This document shows positions 55,640-64,000 of a DNA stretch of 64,000 nt, in pieces. The position numbers were made by a program, and so were the translations under genes. Each line of letters starts with the position of its first letter. The stretch's first letter is position 1. This stretch comes from Folioceros fuciformis (Eukaryota), in the NCBI GenBank assembly GCA_049999805.1, contig JBNGIO010006165.1, forward strand, positions 86,199 through 150,198, written 5' to 3'. Under the pieces are notes generated by a model. The model had not been told where the DNA came from, did not search any database, and saw nothing but the letters and a program-made list of their open reading frames with translations.

Positions 55640-56708
55640 TGTATTACTCCTCTTCCTGTCTTATGCGCTTGGATGCTTGCACCAAGAGCTTGGCCAGCTC
55701 CATTTGCGTGAATTGCTGGAGGTCAACCACCTTCATGCTTTGCTCTAGCCTTTTTTTCTCCATGTTTTGAAGATTCTCCAATGTTGCTTTCTCCATGCTT
55801 TACATGTTCTCTTGCTTCATAGCTTTAACTTTTCCCCATACCTCTGCAAAACTATAGATTGATTTAGCTATCTTGTCGATCCTAGTACCTGAAAGCTTTT
55901 TTTTGGTTTTCTTGGAGACCTTCTTGGCTGAAATACCTTTCAGCTTTGCGACCTGAGTAAGAGGGGAATCACAAGAGTGATTGTCCCTAAATGTGGAAGG
56001 AGGAGTAAGACTCCTTGTAGGAGTTGTAGGAGGTGGGGATGTAGGAGGAGGAGAAGAGGCAGGAGGGAAGTTAGTAGGGGGGTTAGCAGTGTGTGTCGAC
56101 TCACACACACCTTTAGATATTCTGGATACAACACTGTTACAAACAATTATTGCAGTTAAATCAACAAAGCTGGGGTCATAGGAGCCGGGGTCATGGGAGT
56201 TAGGCATTCCTACCACCTTTGGATTGTCTACCATAAAGGAATGTAGAGCTTCCCAGTAAGCCTACTTAGAAGTATACACTCCAGTGCCAACCTTCTTAGT
56301 CTCCTGATAATACTGCTTCTAGAGAGAGTCCATTTTGTTACGGTATTGTATTGTTGTTGGCACAAATCCTATGCAAGAGGGTGTAATCTTCAACGCAATA
56401 GTGTCCCAATGGTGGGAGGCAAGATTTCCTTTATGCAGGTGGTTGACGTATACGTCCTCATACTCCAAGATTAAAGCGTGAGAGCTCTGTCCTGTCCATG
56501 CAAAAATATTTTGATTTCGAATCTTAGAAATTGCTAGGACTTGTAACCCAGATGCGTTTGGGACAAGTACCATTTGAGTTGCTGGCATGTTGTATTGGGA
56601 CAACGAATCCATGAAAAACCGATTGTGCAACTTCATACCCATCACATTAGGCAACTTCACGGGAGGCAGAATATGCAATGTCACGAGAATGAGAGTGAGC
56701 AACCTCAC
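55640..56708 (-). pseudogene. Myb/SANT-like (trihelix-type) second gene of the Harbinger element, degenerate
   Basis: WTGQSSHALI..GNLASHHWDTIA..QYRNKMDSL*KQY, followed by a Pro/Ser-rich linker and a helical C-terminal region. Internal stops. Confidence 0.7.
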
Positions 56709-57651
56709 GATGATCGTGCAAGCAGCAAAGAGGAAGGTAGACTAGTGGTCATATGCAACCTGAGATAGATATCGGGCGCATAAATAAATATGCATGTTAG
56801 AGTTACGGGAAAACAGTGGGAAAGCAACATTGACAAAAATGGGCTCCTTGCTTTTAACAAACGAAGCTTTGTTTTCTTTTATAAGGCCATTCCATGAATG
56901 GTGCGACGAACGAAGCTATTCCGAAAGTCATTATAAGTAGCACATGAGAGAGGGTGGGAAGCCACGCACCCAGTTGTTCCAACAAGGTTAGGGCCACCAT
57001 AAACGCCTGACAAGTCCTCAAGAGACATAGCAAAGAGGCCACAAAAATCGGAACTTGGAATTCCCAACCCACTAGCATTAGCACTAATCTTTGCATGTTC
57101 CAATTTTATTAAAATTCCTTGTTTTACAAGAACCCTTTAATATTTGGTGAAGGGTGTGTACACTTAATTGCAATGGCCCGTCCATTGCACATGTACACAA
57201 TTGTACTAATTGTGAGTGCACACATTGTACTTAATTGGATGCATGTTGGCACAACAATATAAGCATTAAACATAGTTTCACATTGGAAAAGTTGGTGAAT
57301 GTTGCGCAGTGGTTTGTACAACATATAATAATCTCTTTTAAGAATAAAAAGGGAAAAAAGTTTATGAAAGAGTTTGGTTACACAACTTTGATTGCTTGAT
57401 TCAAACAAAGTAATGGATGCAAGTACAAAAGCACATTCATGCCAGAAAAATTACTAAAAAATAAGACTATGTCGTAAGCAACTTTCAACCTATCTGGTTT
57501 TCCTTGAAAGCAATAAAGTCCATGTGCAAAATCAATTGGCTCTTAAACCCTTTCCTCCCTATATCCTATCAATCTCAATGTTCCATTGCTTGTTAGCTTG
57601 AACTATACTAGCCCATCAAATGGGGACTTTGTTATTCTAACATGAGTGGTG

Positions 57652-58174
57652 TGTATTATTCCCAGCTTTAGGAGTAACTTAGCTATGGAGTATAAATAGG
57701 CCAATGCTAAAGCCTTGAGAACGGACACAAGATATAGAGAGGTAGATAGTGAGAAGTCTAGTCTTGAGACATTGATGTGGAGGGCTTGAAGAGCAAGATA
57801 GCTAGACTGAGTCTAAGGTAGTAGCTAATGGGGCGTCGATGGCTAGACTCTTTTATAAGTATGTTGAATAAAGAGTAATTATAAATATCTTGAATAAAGA
57901 GTGGTTGTAAGTACAGCACGTCGTCTGCGAGTCGTGAGTGGAGCCCCACGGACGACTTATCTTGAATAAAGGAGGTGGTTGCAAGTCGCCAGCGTATCTT
58001 GAATAAAGAACAGGAAGTAAACGAGGTGGTCTGCGAGTCGTCAGTGGACGGCGGGCTACTTGAGCCTAGGTACCACAAGGAGCCTAGTGGAGTGCGCGGG
58101 CTACTTGGAGCCTAGTGGGGCGCTGCGGAGGAATAGAAGCTTCCTTTTAGGCTGCGAAGGGGGCGTTACTTACA
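57652..58174. mobile_element. Possible solo LTR
   Basis: Begins TGTATTATTCCC and ends GGGGGCGTTAC(TTACA). Internal TATAAATA and repeated TCTTGAATAAAG. TSD unconvincing. Confidence 0.35.
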
Positions 58175-58269
58175 CGGTCTGCACCACGTGCCAAGAAATT
58201 GGTACATATATATGTATATACTTAAAAGGAATGTCTGCTGTTCTCGAAGGGAACGCTACTGACCACAGG

Positions 58270-59358
58270 CTAGGGGTCGACAGGTTGTGATTGTGGCAAC
58301 AAGGACTGCTTGATGTCGCTGTCCGCATGGTGATCGAGTGTAGCTACCCTCTCATTCTCCAGCTGGCCCCATGTGACGGAGTAGAGGCCAAGGATGATAA
58401 GAATTCCACCCAAACAAGTCCCCAAGTACAAGGTGTCACCCAGAAACACCAGCGCAAGAAATGCTGTCACCACAGACTGGAGGGGCTCATAGATGGCAAC
58501 CAAGAACGGCCCTCCCTTTTGCACGCACCAGGCCTGGATGGCGAAATTGAGGGCGGAGGCCACTAGCCCGGCGTACAACACCGCGACGACCTCAGCCCCC
58601 GAGTTGGGAAGCCACGCAGCCGGCTGTCGTACCAGGATGATGGCCAGCAAAGCCGACTGCAAGGTCCCGAACAAGCACAGGAAAGCGGCCACGGAGACGG
58701 GGGCCGGGAAGGCCTGCACCACTGGCGCCTGCAGGTTCAGGTAGCCTGCCCAGCAGAGGCAATTGCCCACCAGGCACAGAATGCCCACGTACCACAAGTC
58801 CAGCCCCTGCAGGAGCTGAAGCGACGGGGTGGGGGCTGGTTGCTGCTGCCGCCCAGTGAGCATGGGGCCCTTGTAAAGACTGACCATCACGGCCCCAGCC
58901 ACGCACACCAGCGTGCCCAGGACCTTGGCCAGGCCATCCTTCTTCCGCCATCGCACCTCCTCCAACCCCGAGGCCGCCGCCAGCGCGAAGGCGAACACGG
59001 GCACCAGGTTTTGCATGAGCGTGGCCACAGTAGCGGACGTGAATTGCAGGCCCGCCAGATACAGCATCTGATTGCCGAATACCCCGAGCAGACCCAGCAG
59101 GAAGAAATGCGCCAGCAGGCGCGGGGTGAGCGCAGGCCGCTGCCTGCGCTCCAGCATATACCCCGCCGGCGCCAACAGCAGCAGCGCAATCCCGTTGCGG
59201 TAGAGCGGGAAGATGAAGCGGGAGAGGCCCGATGTGAGCGCCACCCTCGTCAGAATGGCGTACCCCCCGTATCCCACCTGCACAACCAAAAGGCCCAGGT
59301 GCATCCGCGTGCGCTCCGCGAAGCACACGCTCACGCTCGTCTGCACCGACGCCGCCAT
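58270..59358 (-). CDS. WAT1-related / UMAMIT (EamA) transporter, intronless
   Basis: 362-aa hydrophobic ORF with FPLYRNGIA, GLQFTSAT, AKVLGTLVCVAGA..YKGP, KGGPFLVAIYEPLQ, GLYSVTWG. Confidence 0.95.
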   Translation of the reverse strand: MAASVQTSVSVCFAERTRMHLGLLVVQVGYGGYAILTRVALTSGLSRFIFPLYRNGIALLLLAPAGYMLERRQRPALTPRLLAHFFLLGLLGVFGNQMLYLAGLQFTSATVATLMQNLVPVFAFALAAASGLEEVRWRKKDGLAKVLGTLVCVAGAVMVSLYKGPMLTGRQQQPAPTPSLQLLQGLDLWYVGILCLVGNCLCWAGYLNLQAPVVQAFPAPVSVAAFLCLFGTLQSALLAIILVRQPAAWLPNSGAEVVAVLYAGLVASALNFAIQAWCVQKGGPFLVAIYEPLQSVVTAFLALVFLGDTLYLGTCLGGILIILGLYSVTWGQLENERVATLDHHADSDIKQSLLPQSQPVDP

Positions 59359-59499
59359 CGCCTCCTCGATGCTTAACCCTCCTTCACTTCACGCTCCGCG
59401 TCTCAGGTTTCATGCAAAATCCTGGACCCTTGCTACCACTCCGTACTTCACTCCAGGGCTCCCAACAGCAAGGCTACAATACCTTGCTTCACAGCTTCG

Positions 59500-60630
59500 T
59501 CATCTTGTACTGACTACTACCTTTTCGGTCTCCCAAAACCCCTTCAAATAATTCTTGCAATGTCAAAGCGGGCTCCACAGGGCAGAGCAGGGCCATGCTC
59601 ATGGCCATGGGCCAGAGCTGGAGCCTCATGCACGATTTCCACAAGGGATTCTCACATTCCATGGGCTGCAGCTGCAGGACAGTGCAGGTGGCGGTCTGGC
59701 ATTTATCTTTGCAGATGACAAGCACGTGAAACCTAACGAGGGCATTCAAGTTTACCATGAGATGCCAAGGTCAGGAGTGAAGGCGAATTGTCACCTCTTT
59801 GTAGCCGCCCTTCAAGCATGTGCATTTGCCGCCGCTTGGAGTCTGGCAGAGAACTGCGCTACGATGTGTTGAACAGCGGGATTGCTCCTGACTTGTTTGT
59901 GGGCACCTGCCTTGCCTGGTGGACATGTAAGCAAGATGGGGGCCAACTGCAGCATGTATGCCTCATTTTGCCTGACCTTTGCTTGCCTTCTCAGGGCCTG
60001 TGGAAGCACTATTGCCTTGTACATGGGCAGGCAGCTGCACTCACAGATTGTGGAAAGAGGAGTGCTAGATAGCATAGTGTTGGGCACCTGCCTGGTCGAC
60101 ATGTATGCAAAATGCGGTGAGCTGAAAGAGCCACTCCAAGGTTTTGACAGCACGAGCAGAAAGGATGTGGGGACATGGAATGACCTGGGTATGCAGAATG
60201 TGGTGAACTGGAAAGTGATCGCCAGGGTTTGAAAGCTCATGACGAACGCAAAGAATGTGGGGACATGGAATGCCCTGGGTATGCAGAATGTGGTGAACTG
60301 GAAAGTGATCGCCAGGGTTTCAAAGCTCATGACGAACGCAAAGAATGTGGTGACATGGGCAGAGCGCTCATCCCTAGGACTTGGCCACGAGGCGCTACTT
60401 GTGTATGAGCAAATGGAGCAAGAAGACCTCATTTTGGCTGACCATGATACCTTTTGCTTGCCTTTTCAATGCCTGTGCAGGCATTGATGCCTTAGAGAAT
60501 GGCAGGCAAGTGCACTCACAGGTTGGGGGAGGAGGACTTCTGGATAACGTAGTGGTGAGCAACTACATAGTAGACGTGTGTGCTCTATAGATGCAGTGCA
60601 CTGGAGATGCACGCCAGGTGTTTGGAGTGG
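59500..60630 (+). pseudogene. PLS-class pentatricopeptide repeat gene remnant
   Basis: FVAALQAC, GRQLHSQI..LGTCLVDMYAKCG, KNVVTW, GLGHEALLVYEQM, LFNACAGIDALENGRQVH, split across frames by stops and frameshifts. Confidence 0.8.
60161..60358. repeat. 90-bp tandem duplication within the PPR remnant
   Basis: 60161-60250 is nearly identical to 60251-60340, followed by a partial third copy. Confidence 0.9.
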
Positions 60631-60719
60631 TCACATAGAATGCTGTAATACCTGGTTATGGTACTTGTGACGAAGGTCGAAACCCACTAGCTTGCTTTGA
60701 GGTGATGGGTCGAACCCAC

Positions 60720-60915
60720 CGAGCCCCGATTGGGCCACCGGCCCGCGCCCGGCTGGCCCTTGCATACCAGTCCGACGTACTTCCCGACCTAGCTCTTGAT
60801 CATGTCCCATCTGTTGTGCAGGAAGATGTCGAGGACAGGATGCTGTTGTGGGCAGGAAGATGTAGGGCAGTGAGTTGTGACGATAGTCAACCGTGAATTC
60901 TCTATTCCCTTCTGC
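60720..60915 (-). pseudogene. Heavily deleted lipoxygenase fragment
   Basis: AEGNREFTVDY..LPYI resembles [16 protein letters not shown]. Nucleotide similarity to the [16 protein letters not shown] and AAWWPK segments of the adjacent LOX. Confidence 0.55.
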
Positions 60916-61561
60916 TGTCTGTGGCCTGTGTTGCCTTCTTACCTGGCCTACATCCCATCCATACACTGGTGAAAGGGCAGCAAACTATGATGACCTCGTG
61001 GGACAGGGATTTGAGCAATCCCCTGTCGAAGGATAATAAGATAACACCTAATGGATCTGTGGAAGCAGGAGCGTCCTCCGGCTCCTGCTTGATGTTCCGA
61101 GACCTTCGGTTTGGTGTCGTGATAGCCGTTAGGTCGTCACCGGTGCTATCCAAGTACGTTCCACCACGACATATAGTCGACTCCTGTTGCACTCACATGT
61201 GATGTGACTGTCCCTTCCCTCACCGCCACTTGTAGTTGCTGAGTCTCGGATGTCTTTGAGTGTGTTCTCAACGTGGGCTAGCAGAATATGATCCAACAAA
61301 CCCTTGTTTCACAAAATGGAAAATCGCAGCTGCTCTAAGATTCCGCATGCACATGACTGTGATGTGGAGAACATTTGAAATGCAAAGCTACAGGCATAGA
61401 CCCAACTACTTCAACGTGCTAACTGTTGTCACAAGGTGCACGAAACAACCCGTGCGGCGACAGAGATTCAGGTCGGAGCCCAGTTGAACTGTACATCCTC
61501 CAACGGCCTTGTCTGTGCGTGGGAAAAGGCGTAGGAGAGAATCGAGATGGCAAGTGAGGGC

Positions 61562-64000
61562 TCAGATGGAGGTGCTGTTGGGTACCCCTTGGCCGGTGAG
61601 GCCGTCGGTGGAGTTGGGGTAGAGAAGGGTGTACGCAACCTTGGCAGGACCACATCGGTTGACGAGAGTCTTGTCTTTGTTCCTGGCCTTGATGTTGGTG
61701 GCGACGGCATCGATGCCCTCGCCGAAGCCCTTGAATGCCGCCAGCACCTGGGGATCGGAGGTCCAATTGGGGTCCTGGCGCTGGCCCAGGTACTCTTCGT
61801 CTGCGGCATGGGTGGATAGGATCTCGATGGTGGTCATCACGCTGGTGGCGGCGGATGGCGTGCTCACCACAGATAGCGTGTACCTCTCGGGGTTGTTCAG
61901 CAGCTGCTTGTGCTCCTCGGAGCCCTCCTCGGGGATCAGCCTCCTGGTCTGAGACGGCCTGTTGGGCATGTAGCCCGCGTAGCCGAACTGTCCGAAGTTG
62001 ACGGATGCGTGGTGCGGGCCTGCGATCCAGATGATGGTTGTCAGGGTGTGCGTCAGGCTCTGTAGCGAGTCCAGCTTGGGCCACCAGGCCGCGCCCTTGA
62101 AGTCCCCGTGTCCGACTTCCACCACCTCCTTCCACCAGGCTTGCAACTCAGTGTCCGCCTTCACCGCAGCATCCGAGTCCTTGTACGCCAGCCCAACGTA
62201 CTTGCCCACCCAGGACTCGATCACGTCCCAGAGTTCCAGCCCGTCTTTGGCGAAGGGATAGTCCTCGATCGCCAGCTTCACGCCCCCCGGATGAGTGGAG
62301 TCTGCTGGTTCTGCCATACCCCTGCCCACAAAAAATTGCACAGCACACAGTGTTCAACCCACCAGCTTGAATGCAGTTGAAAGGCTGGAGGAAGGATGAC
62401 GCACATCATCGTGTACTGGCCACGATGAATGGCGCCATATGTCAGCCTCGTTTACCTGGAAATGAGGTCGGTGGGTAGGGCTTGTCTGTCGAACCTCCAC
62501 TTGGCTCCATACACCACAGCACTCATCTCCATGCAGTAAGTGCCAGGGGTGAACGTCCTCTCGATGATGCCGTTGGAGTTGATGAGAGCCTGCCTCGCAG
62601 CGCCATTGATGTTCATGGTGTTCCTGAAGTGGGGCAGCAGAAGGATGTGGATGGGATGGATAGCACTCAGCTGCCGGTGGGTTGCTATGATGATGGGTTC
62701 CATCACTGCGTGCGTCTCCAGCCTGCAGGGCATCAGTGGGGCGTGATGAAGGAAGAAAGGAACGACATGACGGGCATGTTTGTATGGAATGCATTGTTGC
62801 ACTAATAGAATACCAGTGGCTGACGAGCTCGTGGTAGCCGAAGTCAACAGTACTGGCGTGGATCTTTGCTAGCTCCCACAAGTAGTCCTTGTCCTCTGCA
62901 TCCGCTGCCGGGGCAGTAAATACTCTCGAGGACTTCTCCAGAGCCAGCTCAATGGCGATAGGCTTCAGGGTGCCCTGGCTGGTGAGGAACAGAATGGTCC
63001 GGGGAGCATATCCCAGGCCTCTGCCTTGTTTGTTCTGCTTACCGATGTATGGCAAGAAGATATCGTGGTAGTCTACCGTGAACAGCCTCTTACCTTCTAT
63101 GGCCTGCACGAATGGTTCAAGAGAAAAGTACCAATGGGATCAGATGAAGGGTTGGCCAACTGCCGGTCCAGGATTGTGTCCCATCTTGGTCTACTACCTG
63201 GGCGACAGACAATCCCTCCAAGTATGGGAGAATGTGCTCGTCTGTGAGGGCCGTGCCTGGACCATACACCTCGGGATCCAGAGAGCTCTTGGGCGGGTAT
63301 TCCTGCATACGAACGAGTGTGTGAGCAGCAATCCGTGCAAGGTCTGCTTCGCACATGAGCCACCAGAGGCAGAGGATATCTGGCAATCATGGAGGATGGC
63401 AAGTGCGTGAGCTTTTGGTACTAACTTGGACGCGCTGAATGACGATTGGGTTGATCCCAGCCAAGGCCTGACGTCCGAATTCCTCGTCGGTACACCATGC
63501 TTTTTCATCAACTGCGAAAACACAAGCACAGGAAGGAAGGTTGTAGTCCACTGCCAATGGCAAAGAAGGTGACGTAACTCCACGATAAACAGAACGAAGG
63601 AATACGTGGAGAGCAGCAGCAAACCTCTGATGACATCGGGAACAGGGTACTTGATCAGGCTCTTGTTGTCGCCATCGCCGTTAAAGAACTGTGCGATGAG
63701 CGTGAATGGATTGGTGAAAGCCGGAGCGTCCTGCGGCACATCTCCGAAGCATCCCTTGAGGTTGAGACCTTGGTCGTACAGCTTCTTGATGTCCTTGAAG
63801 GTGTCAAAGTCATCGGGGGTGGTATCGAAGTAGGTGGATATGGCAGGCAGGATGGCGTGCGCCGCGGCCTTCACGGCGTCCGCCAACACGCTGGACGTTT
63901 TTTCCCGGCTGAAGATCTCATCTCTCGGGATGTAGAACTGCTCCAGCAGCGGTGACCCCACGTTGCTCTCCAGTTGAGGGGCTTCACCACACAGCGTTGC
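61562..64000 (-). CDS. LOX: Lipoxygenase (3' part; 5' end lies beyond the window)
   Basis: [61 protein letters not shown], terminal GVPNSTSI* (Ile iron ligand). Confidence 0.96.

Overview
Eukaryotic, gene-dense land-plant nuclear DNA with many short (~80-200 bp) introns. It is most consistent with a bryophyte, probably a hornwort (inferred from the compact structure, a PLS-PPR remnant and a B12-pathway gene). Supported genes in order: a small protein with KEN-like, D-box-like and FR-tail motifs; MMAA/MeaB GTPase; DHDPS; TPP2; ROP GTPase; RPT1; tRNA-Trp(CCA); an F-box protein; a DHS-family gene; AE7/MIP18; deoxynucleoside kinase; MSH5; MTHFR; an intronless WAT1/UMAMIT transporter; and the 3' part of a lipoxygenase. 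Pseudogenes: DDT/WHIM fragment, an inverted RPT1 copy, a PPR remnant and a LOX fragment. From about 49.3 to 58.2 kb lies a transposon island: a pogo/Tigger remnant, a PIF/Harbinger remnant with a nested insert, and a possible solo LTR. Most notable: (1) the DHS-family gene carries the VxxxD motif associated with homospermidine synthases rather than the IxxxN of DHS; (2) an intact-looking MMAA gene implies adenosylcobalamin metabolism in a land plant; (3) there are minor-spliceosome (U12) introns, including an AT-AC intron and an apparent GT-GG intron. Gene models were built by eye, so internal exon boundaries are not fully verified.
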